Shown: in pieces, positions 13,290 through 26,299 of the stretch | Layout: each line of letters begins with the position of its first letter | Position numbering within the stretch: position 1 is the stretch's first letter | Source of the DNA: Sminthopsis crassicaudata | Lineage: Eukaryota | Direction of reading: 5' to 3' | DNA length: 64,000 nt | Assembly (NCBI RefSeq): GCF_048593235.1 | Contig: NC_133620.1 | Coordinates: forward strand, 440,291,261-440,355,260 | The notes under the pieces: model-generated | The model's input: the letters and a program-made list of their open reading frames with translations, nothing else | Database searches by the model: none | What the model was told of the DNA's origin: nothing | Made by a program: the position numbers and the translations under genes

Positions 13290-13990
13290 AACAGTATCAA
13301 CAAAACTCACCTGTAGTCTATTTAAGATAATCATCCTTCACTCTATAATCTGATTTATTGCCACATCATTATAATCAACTCAAATTATAAGCCAGATAAA
13401 TGATGTTTATTATTTACATGTTTCTTTGTAAATTAATATATCAGATTTGATCCTACAACCAGTTAATCAAATTTAATTAAAAAAAAGGATAACCTACTTT
13501 CCCATTAGCATTGCTCATCATTATATATCTAAATTCCTTATCTTTTAGGCTTAAATGATCACTTGACTGGGCATTTTTTAGCTATATAATAAATAACAAC
13601 ACAAAAACATTTGTAATCATTTGCAATGTTTTGATTTCAAAAATGGTTTCAGGCAGAATCACCTTTCACCATTTACTGAAAGTATGGATTACTTCTTTTC
13701 ACCTCTGGAAAAATAGTCCCACTATTCAGTTCACTCGGCATAACAAAATCTATTCTTCAAAATTTTCTTGATCATCTTTACTAGTAAACATTATGATTCT
13801 TTCCAGAAATTTTATCTTAATTCTGTTTCTCTTCATCTTTCTGCAATTAACATTTTCTCTTGAATTATAATTAAATTGCTATTTCTCAAGATTCTAAAGC
13901 TGTTTGAAAGATACAGTAATAATCTCTATAATTTAGACAATTGAAGCTGACGCTATACTAAAATACCAGTCTTTCTATACCATTTTCCAG
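13290..13990 (-). mobile_element. Ancient L1/HAL1 ORF1 fragment inserted into an L2
   Basis: The minus strand gives degenerate ORF1-like blocks RKMKRNRIKI, DQENF and CPVK*SFK (compare YPAKLSFK). L2 sequence resumes on both sides. Confidence 0.45.
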
Positions 13991-14409
13991 ATAAACTAAC
14001 TCCATTGGTTTCCCATCACTTCTAAAATCAGATATAAACATTCCTGTTTAGCATTTGAAGTCCTTTGCAACCTAGCTTCAACCAATTTTTTATATTTTTT
14101 ATTATGCATTATTCTACATTCTGTAGTGAAGTCAAACTGACCTTCTTGACATTGCTTATATATGATATTCCATCTCCCATCTCTTAGCCTTTGCATAGAC
14201 AAAGCTCTGTGACTGGAATGCATTCCATCCCATCTGAGTCACTAGTGCTTCCTCTCAAAATACCTTTGTATTTATTTTGTATCTGTATACATGCACATGT
14301 TGTTCTTCCCAATCGAAGTATAAGATTATTAAAGGCAAGAAGTAGCTAATTGTTTCTGACCTCAAATGATAGGTGCTTCATAAATACACATGATAAGTAC
14401 TTTATAAAT

Positions 14410-14760
14410 AAATTGATCAATGATCCCTATTAAATTTCTTATTAGGTGAAGCCCAATACTCTAGTCTGCCAAAGACTTTTTTGATCCTGATTCTGTTATT
14501 TAGTTGATTAGCTATTTTCCCCAGCTTTGTGTTACTTGAAAAATTGATTAGTATATCATCTATACTATCATCCAAGTCAGTGATAAAAATATTAAGCAGC
14601 ACAGATCCTTAGGACATGTCACTAAAGAGTTTGTGTCAAGTTAGCATAAAAACGTTAACTATGACTGTTTGAATTAGTACATTGAATCAATTCTGAATCC
14701 TTTTAGAACTATTTTCTAGCCTTCATCTTAAGATTTTCCCTACTAGATAGCATGAAATAC
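14410..14760 (-). mobile_element. CR1/L3 LINE RT fragment
   Basis: LLNIFITDLDDSIDDILINFSSNTKLGKIANQLNNRIRIKKVFGRLEYWA matches the CR1 pattern LFNIFINDLD...KFADDTKLG. Confidence 0.85.
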
Positions 14761-15944
14761 TTTACCAAATGTTTCCCAAAAATCTTCAATAGAAAAACTA
14801 CATTAGCAGTATATCCCCTAATCTTTTCTCTAATCCTGAAAAAAGCTATCTTGTCAGAAAAAGAGAAAGTAAGTGAAGCCCTTATTTGTGGAGAGACAGA
14901 AAGATGGAAACACAGAGATAGAGTCAGAGAGATAAATTGAAACAGAGAGATTTACAATAGAATAATTCTTATTTGGTCACAGACTATTTGGCCAGGACTT
15001 CCCTTTTGTCCTTCCTCATAGTACAATCCACTTACTGATAGCAAACCCTTAATCAGAATGCAATAAAAATCAGTTTATCTTTATCAGGAGACAAAACTCA
15101 TTATAAAAGTACATATAGCAAATAAAGCAAGACTTAAGTAGGGAAAACTTAAGCAATGTCAGTTCACTAGGGAGTGGTGAGGCAAAAGACGACATGAGAA
15201 AAATTTACCAGGTCCCAGTGAAGCAACAAATTCTATCTAGGCAGATCACTCCTTAGATGGGTTAGTGAGCCAGAAAAAGCTTCAAATGCTTATTATTACA
15301 TTCAGTTTGGAGTAGCAATAACTTTCCCTTGCAATCAGCTAGTGCAAGACTAGCTGTTATCCATATTCCACACCCCTTCCCTATCACCCCATGCTTCTAT
15401 TCCCTATAATCCCTCAGTCCCTCCTTCCAATTAATATTAGTGCCTTTCCATTGAGGTAATATCTAATTTATCCTATGTTTAACTTTTTAAAATACTTTTT
15501 ATTTTTCAAAATCCACACAAAGATAGTTTTCAACATTCACCCTTATGAAATTTTGTGTTCCATATTTTTCTCCCTCTCTTTCCCTAGACAGCAAACAATC
15601 CAAAATAGGTTTAAAATGTGCAATTCTTCTAAACATATTTCCACATGTGCTGCACAAGAAAAATCAGATCAAAAATGGAAGAAATGAAAGTAAAAAAAAA
15701 AACAAGCAAGCAAACAATAACAGCAAAAACATGAAAATACTCTGTTGTGATCCACATTCAGTCCCCATAGTTCTCTTTTTGAATGCAGATTGCTGTCTCC
15801 ATCATAAGTCTCTATTGGAATTGGCCTGAATCACCTCATTGATCACCTCATTGCTAAAAAGAGCCACGTCCATCACAGTTGATCTATATAGTTTTTTATT
15901 TATTTTTTTTTCTGTATATCATTTTTTGCATGTTGGAGGCAGCT

Positions 15945-16170
15945 AAGGGCTCAGTGGATAAAGCATTGGATCTGGAGTCAGGAAGAACTACATTAAAATT
16001 TAACCTCAAACACTTATTTTCTGTGTGACCCTGGACAAGTCACAATCTCTGTTTATCTCTGGCAAAGAAAATGGCAAATCACTCCAGTATCCTTGCAAGA
16101 AAACCCCATGGACAGTACTGACATGATATGGGGTCTCAAAGAATCTGACATTACTGAACTATTGAAAAAA
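15945..16170 (+). mobile_element. Mar1-type CORE-SINE (representative copy)
   Basis: CORE head plus RTE/BovB-like tail (gaaaatggcaaatcactccagtatc..aagaaaaccccat). Similar copies at about 28570-28810(-), 31430-31660(+), 39680-39870(+), 43160-43290(-), 55985-56200(-), 60630-60790(+) and 62185-62430(+). Confidence 0.7.
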
Positions 16171-17127
16171 AAATCTGCATGTTGTCTTTTTCAATAGATT
16201 TTGAGAACAAAAATTATCTTTTTCCTTTCTTTGGAGCTTTAGAGCTTAGCACAATGTTTGGAACAAAGTAGGACCTAAATAATTGTTTTTTAGAAAGTTT
16301 TGGAAAGAAAAGCCAAGGAAGGTAGAGCCAAGAAATTGCCTGAGTTTTCCCCAGTTTGCTCCAGAAACAACATTATATCAAGCCTCTAATTGGATCCTGG
16401 GGTGACAAAATCTACCAAAAAATAGATTGAAATATTTTTCCTGCTTAAGATAACTATCTATCTCACTTAAGTAAAAAAGCAGTGCTGCTCAGTGCAGACA
16501 ATGTCTGGACAAGCCAATGGGAAGCATTTAGCTGCAGCACAGATCAGCAACTTAAACTCCTTAGTCCTGGTTCAGCAGGCTAGTGGCACACCAGAACAGC
16601 TGTGAGACCTCTAGCACAGAAGGCAAACTGACAGCCCAGAAATTTACAACTCAATAGGAATGACTAGGCCAGATTACTCCAGAGCAGTGGACAAACTGCA
16701 GGCTCTGGTGCAGAAAGCCAGTGTCCAGGCCCCTAGCTCTTAGCACAAAAAGCTTGCAACAATACCCTTTGTGCCTGTGGAACAGAGCTCAACTTTAAAA
16801 GTCACAAAGTATATTTTAAAAATTAGTAAGAACAAACAAACAAAAAACAAACAGAAAAAAACTATGACCATAGAAAACTATCATGGCAACAAGAAAGATC
16901 AAAAAACAAACTCAAAAGAAAACAACAATATCAAAATGCCTAAATGCAAAGCCTCAAAGGGGAAGATGGATATCTCCCAAGCTCAAAAAGCCTTCTTGGA
17001 AGAGCCCAAAAAAATTTAATACAAAATAAAAAAGTAGAAAAATTTTAAAAAGAGAGTTATGTAAGAAAGAGTCAAAAGTTTGGAAAAGGATGGATGAAAA
17101 TTGACTGAAGAAAACAATTCCTTTTAA

Positions 17128-17148
17128 ATATATATACATATATATATT

Positions 17149-17182
<34 letters not shown>
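17128..17182. repeat. (TA)n(TG)n microsatellite inside L1 ORF1
   Basis: Read directly from the sequence. Confidence 0.95.
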
Positions 17183-17184
<2 letters not shown>

Positions 17185-18552
17185 ACTGGCCAAATGGGAA
17201 AAATAATCACTGAAGAAAAAAAGCAGAATTGACAAAAATGGAAAAGGAAATACAAAAACTAACTAAAGAAAAAATTATAACTAGGTGATTGGAAGCTAAT
17301 CATTCAATGAAACATCAAGAATCTGTTAAACAAAATCACAAGATTGAAAAAATAAAAGGAAATGTAAAATACCCTCATTGGAAAAATAACTGATCTGGAA
17401 AATAGATCCAGAAGAGTTAACTTAAGAATTATGAACTACTTGAAAGCTATAATAATTTTTAAAAAGAGTCTAAACAGCATCTTTCAAGAAATTATCAAGG
17501 AAAACTACCCTGATATCCTAGAACCAGAAGGTTCTAGTCATTGAATATAATAAAATAGTCATTGAAACAATATACTGATCACCTTAAGAAAGAGGTCCCA
17601 AAATGAGAAATCCAAGGAATATTGTAGCCAAATTCAAGGAGAGAATATTGCAAGAAGCCAGAAGAGAAAACCAGTTCAACTATGAAGGAATTATAGTCAG
17701 GATTACATAGCACTTAGCAGCTTCTACATTAAAGGATTGGGAGGGCTTAGAATATGATATTCTGGAAGGTAAAGGAGCTTGGCTTATAACCAAGAATCAA
17801 CTACCTAGAAAAATTGTGTATAATTTTTCAGGGGGAAATTGAACATTAAATGAACTAGGTGGCTTTCAAATTTTTCTAATGAAAAGATCAGAGTTCAGCT
17901 CTGGAGTAGCATTATCTTTGGAGGAGTAGCAATTCTCTGGAGTAAAGGAAAAGGCATGTAATTAAATAAGGTTAAACTGTTTACATCTCTACATGGAATG
18001 ATGATACTTAACTCTTGAGAACTATATCTTTATTAGGGCAATTAAAAAGTGTTTAGACAGAGGGCATGGTAAAAGTTGAATTTGATGTTATTTTATTAAA
18101 AAAATTAAGGCATTAAAAAAGAATTGTACTGGGAGAAAAAGGAGACAGAATAGAGTAAATTATATCACATGAAAAGGGACGAAAGATCTACGGGGTGAGC
18201 ATTATTTAAATATTATTTTCAATGGATTTGGCTCAAAAAGGGAATAATGTACACAACCAATTGCATATATAAATTTATCTTACCCTATAAGTAAGTAGGA
18301 GTGGAAAGTGGAAAGAAAAGAGAGGAGGGTTGATAAAGGGAATATAGATTTAGAGAGGCAATGGTCAGAAGCAAAATATTGGTGAGGAGGAACAAGGTGA
18401 AAGGAGGAAGAAAAATATAAACAGAGGGGAAAACGGATGGAGGGAAATACACAGTTAGTAACCATAACTGTGAATGGGAATGGGATGAACTCTCCCATAA
18501 AACAGAAGTGGATAGCAGAGTGGATTAAAAACCAGAATCCTACAATATGTTG

Positions 18553-19808
18553 TGTGAGAAATACAGAAAATGTGAGTTTCCACAGAGTGCTGCAAGCTTC
18601 TGTTGTATCACAGTTTCCCTAATTGTTCTGGCTCAGTTTCCCTGAATTGTTCTGCCTTAATGCCCCTAGTTTACATCTCCGCTCCTGATCATTAGGACTG
18701 ATACAACTTAGGGCTAGTTACTCTAAGGTTATAAATTGTAAATGTGTAAACTCAAGATAAAGGGGAGTTCAGACTTTCTGGATCCTAACTCCTCCTAAGT
18801 CATCAAGAATTTATGGTCATACCCCCCAACCTGTCAGAACAGAATTGATGGTCATTGTCTGGACCATCTCGCCAGAGTTTGAACTCCAACTCCCCTCCCT
18901 CCCCTCCCCTTNNNNNNNNNNNNNNNNNNNNNNNNNNNNNNNNNNNNNNNNNNNNNNNNNNNNNNNNNNNNNNNNNNNNNNNNNNNNNNNNNNNNNNNNN
19001 NNNNNNNNNNNNNNNNNNNNNNNNNNNNNNNNNNNNNNNNNNNNNNNNNNNNNNNNNNNNNNNNNNNNNNNNNNNNNNNNNNNNNNNNNNNNNNNNNNNN
19101 NNNNNNNNNNNNNNNNNNNNNNNNNNNNNNNNNNNNNNNNNNCATATTTGCTGCTGGATGCTTTGGACATCATCGCTGAGGGCATCATGTTCCCAGGATA
19201 GTGGGTACCTTGACCAAGAGGTTTTCAGAATGAGAGAGATTAAGGAAAATAACATTCCACAGAATAATTAAGTGATCAATAGAAGCCTTGAGCAAACAAG
19301 GAATTGGAGAGCTAGGAAGGCATAGGTGGATTCTGCCAATCAGAAAGAGTCTTGTGATTTTGAGAAAACCATAAACTTAAGATAATAGCTGATCCAATCC
19401 AAACTAGTTGGGGTCAATGACCTAATTTGACCAAATCACTATTGGACCTGCTAATAGGCTAATTGGATATTAAACAAAACACCCTGTAAGAGGAGTTTTC
19501 CACCATTTTTGAAGAAAGGATGTATGACAAGGAAGGGGGAACATATTTATACATATTTAAGGGAAAACATATAGTGGGTATATCAGAAAGATTGTAACCT
19601 GGAAGGGAATGGATCAATCCAGTCTCTGAAGGGAGGGACTACACAGAATTAACAAGTCTAAACCTTCTTCCATTTCTGTGCTCAATGTTCCCTCTTCTAG
19701 GATTAAAGCCTGCTTCTGGCCAGAAATGCTAAGATGATTCATTAAGATTCTTCTTTAATAAATTTTCCTCAATATCTGATTTTCAGTGTCAAGAGTGTAT
19801 TTCTAACA
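18553..19808 (+). mobile_element. Solo/composite LTR (family C) inserted in the L1 endonuclease, TSD GTTG
   Basis: Ends are TGTGAGAAATACA / TGTATTTCTAACA (12/13 inverted repeat). GTTG is at 18549-18552 and 19809-19812. Removing the insert restores L1 codons I-C-C-L-Q. It spans an N gap. Confidence 0.85.
18601..19167 (+). mobile_element. Family B LTR segment embedded in the family C LTR
   Basis: Shares the tgttgt.. start, the tandem cagtttcc..aattgttctg units, ctctaaggtt(t)ataaattg and actcaagataa.ggggagttcagactttctgg with 48455-48899. Its 3' end is missing. Confidence 0.7.
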
Positions 19809-21899
19809 GTTGTTTACAAAAAACAGTTGAAGCAGAGAGATGCACACAGAGTAAAGGTAAAAGGAGCAAAATATAATTATATTTCAGCTGAAGTTAAAAA
19901 AAAAGTAGGGTTAGCAATCCTGATCTCAGACAAAGCAAAAGCAAAAATAGATCTAATTAAAAGAGGTAAGAAAGGAAACCACATCTTACTAAAAAAAATA
20001 GTACTATAGACAATAAAGTAATATCAAGACTAAACATATATGTACCAAGTGGCATAGCATCTAAATTCTTAGAGGAGAAGTTAAGTGAATTAGAGAAAGA
20101 AACAGACAATAAAAATATACTACTGGGGGACCTCAACCACAACCTCTCAGAACTAGATAATTCTAACTACAAAATAAACAAGAAAGAAGTTAAGGAGGTG
20201 AGTAGAAGTTTTGAAAAGTTAGATATGATAGACTTCTGGAGAAAATGGAGTAGATAATCTTTTTCTATATCTTTTTCTCACTAGTACATGCCACCTACAC
20301 AAAAATATTGACCAAGGGCATAAAACCTCGCATTCTAAGGCATAAAGGCAGAAATATTAAATGCATCCCTTTCATATCATGATACAATAAAAATTATGTG
20401 TAACAAAGGTCCATGGAAAGATAGATTAAAAATTAATTGGAAACTAAATAATCTAATCCTAAAAAAATAAGTGGGTCAAACAACAAGACCTAGAAACAAT
20501 CAATAATTTTATTAATAATGAGACAAAATGCCAAAATTTATGGGAGGCAGCCAAAGCAGTTTGTAGGGGAAATTTTATATCTCTAATGCTTACATGAATA
20601 AAATAGAGAGCAGATCAATTAATTGGGAATGCAAACAAATGATTTTTTGCTGTTGTTTCAATTAGGAAAAACTATTCCCCAGACCCCAATATCCTCCTGT
20701 TGATAATATACTATATAATATTTTTGGATTGTGATATGAGAACCCGACTTCAAAGTCAGTGTCAGAAATTTACCATGAGATTCCAGACAAATCTTAGTTT
20801 CTTTATCTCTGAAGTTAAGCTATCAATTACATTTACTACAAAGGTTTATGATAAAAGATCAAGAGGAGATTATGCAAATACTTTAGAAATTTTAAAAAAC
20901 ATTATTATTTATCATTTCAAATGATTTTGCAGAATGATGTCTAATTCACAGCTCCAACAAGAGTGCCTGTCTTTTCAAAATGTTTCTAACATTAACTACC
21001 TCCATCTTTTGTTGTCATTGCCAATTTGCCAGGTATGAAGTGAAATCCAAGAGCTTTTTTGTTTAAGAATTTCTCTGATTATTAGTGATTTGGACCACTT
21101 TCATATGGTTGCTAATGATTTGCTTTTTGAGAATTCTTTACTTTTATCTTTTGTCTCCTGAGGTAAGATAAGAACAACAAAAAATATTTTTGAAACTCTT
21201 GTAGGTTTTTGTTTTTTGTTTTTTTTTTTTGGAAGAAAAAAAGGATGAAAGAAAGAACAAGACCTTTATGTTGAGCCATTGGAACAGTGAAGTTTGACAA
21301 CAGAGACAAGGCAAAGATGGTGGTCTTATTATTTTGTTTCTGTTTTTTCTGTAAAGGAGAATGATCTTTACCTAAATGACTAACATGAATGAACTTTATC
21401 ATTGGGTCCTGAAGAAACTTATAAATGTGATTACTAAACCATCATATGTAACATGTAAAATATTATGGTAATTAAAAGAGGTACTGTAAGTTTGGGGAAA
21501 AACTAAACATCCAGATTTTCAAAAAAGGCAAAAGAATAGACGCTGTAAGCTAACAGGCAATTTGACTGTCCACAGCTAGAAATGCATTTCTAGCATCTAC
21601 GGAACTACTAGGAAATTTGTGTTCCTATTTTCTTGAGCTAGAACTCAAAATTGCATTTGCCTTCAGAAACAGCATTACAAGTTTGAGGTTCACTCATTGA
21701 GTACCCAAATCTCAGTATAATTCCGTTAAGGGATAGCTGGAATTTGGTGGAATAGCTTGGAGACCAAGCCAGATACCATGTATAACATTATTTCCCAATT
21801 CTTCCCCACCTTAAAAGAAAAAAACCTACTAGATTCTACCATTTAATAAAGCAGTTATCCAACATGTCTCTTTTTCTCAGCCAAATCCATAGGGAAAAA

Positions 21900-23440
21900 A
21901 AAACCCCTATCTACTGTCATTTCTACTTTTTATCCTCTCTTTTGCTTTTCAACTCTTTAAAATCTGTCTTCTGATCTCTTAATTCAACTGGAACTACTCT
22001 TTCCAAAGTTACTGATAGTCTCCTCATTACTAAATCTGATGGCATTTTTCTCAGTCTTCATTCTTCTTCACCTCTTTCACACTGTTGGTCTTGACAGTGT
22101 TTGACACTGAAAAATTACCTTCTTCTCCTAGATATTCTCTCCTTTCTGGTTTCCTATTTCACTACTTTTACTTTTCTTCCTATTGCAGTGGGAAAAGCAA
22201 GTTTGATAGGGAAGAATGCTCTAGACACCAGACTGGTTTCTCAAAGGAAAAGGCTTTATTGTTTTATAAAGCAGCCCTGGATCAAGAAGCATCAGGGGAT
22301 TGGTTGGTCTAAGGGAGTACTCAGGATGGGTATTTTATAAAAAAAAGGTAGGACTAAGGAGGAGATGTTTACTCTTTGCTTATTGGTTAGATCCTCTAAA
22401 GAGGGTCTTCTTAACCTTTGGCCAAATTTTGAGAAAAATAAGGCAGAAAAACATGTAGCAGGACCCAAGTTTCCTGGCATTCTGTTTACTAGGACCCAAT
22501 TTCTTTACACCCACAACCCAAGTCTCCTGTACTTGTCCTGGTGGGCAACAAAAACTTCCTTCTCTTCCCCTGCCCCTAAGTATAAACAGAGGTCCTGCAG
22601 AGGCTCATTCCACTATCTTTCTGAACACTTTTTTGCATTCTCCTTTGCATCTGTATCTCACTTTTTTTATTTATTGTGGATATATTCCAAAGTTCTCTTT
22701 TCACTTTACTTTCTCACTTGGAGAGATTATCAGCTCTCAACTTAATTACAGATTTTAATTATTATTTATTAATTATATAACATATAATATTACATATATT
22801 ATTAATTGTATTTAATTATCAGATGGCATGTATATGTGCCTATATAAGTATGTGTATGTAATCTGATAATTAAATATGTGTGTATGTATGATATAAAGAA
22901 AGGATATGTGTGTGTGTATGTATAGTATATTTAGCCCATCTCTTTTCCCAGAGCTACAATCTCTCTATCAGACATGTTGAACTAAATATCCCATAGAAAC
23001 CCTTTAACTAAACATGTTCAAAGCAGAACTAATTTATTTTTCTCCCCAAACTCACCTTTCTTTGGGACTTTATTATTTCTGTTGAGGACACCATCATCCT
23101 TCTAGTCATTGAGGTTCATAACCCAAGTATGATCCTATGCTCCTCATTCTCCATCATCCTACTCATTGCAATCAGTTGCTAAATCTTCTTGTTTCTACCA
23201 TTGCAATAATGTTTCCATCTCCTCTCCTCTCTACTCATATGATTTCTAATCTAGCCTGGATTATTTCAATAGTCTCCTAATTTAGCTTCCTAACTCAAGT
23301 CTCTCCATTCCAATCTATTCTCCACATAATTTCTCAGAAGTCCATGACTAACCATGTCACCTTCCCCCTCAGTAAACTCCAGTGGGTCTTTATTGTCTTT
23401 AAAATCAAATATAAACTTCTCCATTAGGATTTTAAAGAGT
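21900..23440 (+). mobile_element. L2 LINE remnant hosting a solo LTR and a microsatellite
   Basis: CT-rich L2-type sequence (ctcatcatttctc..ggattatttcaatagtctcctaa; atataaacttctc). Confidence 0.6.
22184..22612 (-). mobile_element. Solo LTR, 4-bp TSD CTAT, inserted in an L2
   Basis: TG...CA ends. CTAT at 22180-22183 and 22613-22616. On the minus strand, TATAAAA (~22335) is followed by AATAAA (~22256). Confidence 0.8.
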
Positions 23441-24379
23441 TTCCCAATTGGAGCACTTTGAGGGAAAAGGCCCTTTGGGTCTTAGGTAACAGAAAGAAAT
23501 AATTAAATATTAATGTTTTTCATTTGTTTCTTTTACCCTAAAAAAGCCTTTCACTTCTAGTCCTGAATTTCCTGTTTTTCTAAATGTGCAGCATGGAGCT
23601 GGCAATAGGCAAAGCGCTGTCAGTTTTTAACAACAGATAATGGAATCCAAGTGGGTTAGATCAAATGAGATACTGTATATAAAATGTTTTGTAAATCTTA
23701 AAAGCACTACATAAAAGTTAGTAATAGTGGTAGTGAGAGAAATTAAAGATGTTTTCAAGGATCAGGAGATGGTGGTAAATCCCCAATGCTTTAACACTAA
23801 CATTGTGTTGTCTCATAAACTGTCCCCTGGTATCTCCGTCAGATTGAACATTGGGCAAAGGGAATAAAAAGTGATTTGGTTCTGAGTTTTTAAGAACTGG
23901 AAGGCCCCATAAAGATCAACTAGCTGCACCCCCTAATTTACCCATGAGGAATCATTTTATCCCTTTCTGTTAAGCTTCTATATGTGCTAGAACATAGGAA
24001 TTTAGATGTGCACAGAACATAGCTGTACATAGGACAAGGTAATAGGTATTGACATTCTTTCAATGATCTTTAGGGAGATTATAAAGTGTTCTTTGGTCTT
24101 CAAGTTTGGGACACTCTGAGGAGCTATTTTCAATAAATAATACAACTAATGGATCTCTCTAAAGCAAATCATTCTTAGCAATGTGTCACAGTTTCTATTT
24201 AATCCACTGCTTTCTGTGGGAGGGGAAATTTGGACTTAGATTATTTTGTTATTATGGCATTCTGTAAGCCACTGGGAAAATGGTGGTTAAAAAGATGAAT
24301 CTATGTAGCTTAGAATCATTGAAAGTGCTAATGATGCCACATGCAATATCTGTATAGCTCATGAGTGCATATGTGCATG

Positions 24380-24660
24380 TGTATATGTGTGGAATCCAAT
24401 TATATGGGTTTTAAATGAATGTCATAATCCGGACAATACATGTTGTTTTCCATCCATCTTAGTTTCTCATTATTAATAGACCAGAATCTTTTAAATAACA
24501 GGATTTCAGTGAGGAAACTTTGTAATGTTCTGGGGCTCAATGCAGATAGTGCAATATCATCAGCAAATAAGAGCATTTGGAGAATTTGGAGATAGGAAAT
24601 CCTTCCCACTTAGATTTTCTGCAGGATATCCATTCCATCCTGGAAAACACCCAAGGTTAG
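24380..24660 (-). mobile_element. RTE LINE reverse-transcriptase fragment
   Basis: LQMLLFADDIALSALSPRTLQSFL...WMENNMYCPDYDIHL contains the RT FADD motif. Confidence 0.85.
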
Positions 24661-25159
24661 GTATATTGTTTCTCCATTTTATATCTGGCACAGGAGCATA
24701 AACTTGGAATTGGAAGCCTCCCCTACCCTACCTTTCTAGTCTTCTTAATGAACGATCCCTTCACCTCCATGTACTCTTGATCAAGTGATACTGTCCTCCT
24801 TGCTTTATCTTTCAGCTCAAGGCTTTTTTTCTGGCTGAATCCCATGCTTGGAATGCTCTTCCTTTTCATCTCCATCTCCTATCTTTCCTGCTTCTTTCAA
24901 GTTCCAGCTACCATCTCATCTTCTATATTGAACTTTTCCCAATTTCTCTTAATTCTAAAGTCTTCTCTCTGCTGATTATTTCCTTTCCATCCACTATATA
25001 GCTTGCTGTACATAGTTGTCTCCCTCCTTTAATTGGGGAATAGGACTCTTCTTTTATCCTTTGCATCCCCAGAATTTAGTATAGTTCCTGACACATAGTA
25101 ATGAATGCTTATTGATTAATTGATTGATAAGTTTAATAGATAAGTAAGAATTGTGAAAG

Positions 25160-25620
25160 CAGAATGCCTGGCCTACACAGAAGATTTAGTTGACAAAATA
25201 GAAAAACTTGAATCTATGATTGCAAGTCTGTGTAAGAAAAAAAAAGGTGATAATAACTGATTGAGAATTGATCCACATGGAAGTGAAAGACAATCTCAGG
25301 GAAAAGAAAAAAAAAAAACAACTTCAAAAGAAAATATGATTTCCATACAGGCAAAACATGTTGATCTCAATGACAGATTGCATAGATAAGCTAAAGATTA
25401 TAAAATCTCTAGAATAACACAAAAAATCAAAAAGGCTGAATACTATAATGCAAGAAATAATACAGGGAAATTGTCCAGAACTTCTGAACACATAAAACAA
25501 AGTACTAGATGGAAGAACCCCCAGATCACCTCCAAGGGAAAAAAAGAAGCAAAAGTAAAAGCATGCTTCAAATTCTAAAACACATTTGAGAAAAAAAGAG
25601 TCATAGGGAATTTGAAGGAG
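25160..25620 (+). mobile_element. Old L1/HAL1 ORF1 fragment
   Basis: An A-rich block with atgcaagaaataatacagggaaattgtccagaa (MQEIIQGNCPE, ORF1-like). Confidence 0.55.
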
Positions 25621-25644
25621 GATAAAAACCAAAAAAGTTTTGGA

Positions 25645-25792
25645 GGGGCAGCTAAGTGGTATAGTGGATAGAGTAACAGCCCTGAAGTCAGAAGGACCTG
25701 AGTTCAAATCTGGTCTCAGACATTTAACACATCCTAGCTGTGTGACCCTGGGCAAGTCACTTAACCCCAATTGCCTAAGCAAAAAAATAAAT
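25645..25792 (+). mobile_element. Full-length WSINE1-type SINE
   Basis: ggggcagctaagtgg...ccccaattgcct followed by an A tail. The TSD is aaaag(t/c)tttgga. Confidence 0.88.
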
Positions 25793-26067
25793 AAAAGCTT
25801 TGGAAAGTTATTTTAGTGAGTTGGATGGTGAATCAATTATAAATATAAAAAGGTTGCCATGCTGCAGTGAAGACACAACTCTAATCATGCAACATGAATT
25901 TGTAGTGGACTTAAAGGGCAGGATTCCATTTCTCCAGGTCCATTCAACAACATGAAAATAGCTGATGAATGTAGCTGATCATGGGAGTAATTCAAGTTTG
26001 GGGGTTAGAAGGGCATGATAGGATAAAGAGGTATAGGACTCAAGAGTAGAAGATAGCATTTGTGCAC

Positions 26068-26254
26068 CAGGGGTTCTCGAACTATGGCCCGAGGGCCAGA
26101 TGAGGCTGCTAAGGTTTATGCGGCTGTCGGGATTATGGCAAATGGGCTGAGGGTAGGAGACAGAGTGTGAGCTTTTGTTTTTACTATAGTCCGGCCCTCC
26201 CACAGTCTGAGGGACAGTGAACTGGCCCCTATTTAAAAAGTCTGAGGACCTCTC
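26068..26254 (-). mobile_element. Second OC1-like hAT MITE
   Basis: Reverse-complement copy of 1367-1555, roughly 85-90% identical by eye. Confidence 0.78.
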
Positions 26255-26299
26255 TAGATATTTGGTCAAATCTAGCTATTCAATCCATCCACATCTTTT

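Larger units (their letters stand above)
16320..20640 (+). mobile_element. Decayed L1: 5'UTR, ORF1 and ORF2 endonuclease region; 3' part absent
   Basis: The 5' end resembles L1 (ggtagagccaag) and ORF1 is an A-rich remnant. ORF2 starts MEGNTQLVTITVNGNGMNSPIKQKWIAEWIKNQNPTICC at 18437 and resumes at 19813 (LQ...KQRDAHRVKVKG). There are multiple stops and frameshifts. Confidence 0.9.

Noticed and set aside
13290-13990. piggyBac-like motifs and a perfect CAG|GTGAGT donor on the minus strand
   Set aside because: The degenerate blocks fit L1 ORF1 better (CPVK*SFK vs YPAKLSFK; QENF). There are no TTAA or TIR ends and no partner acceptor.
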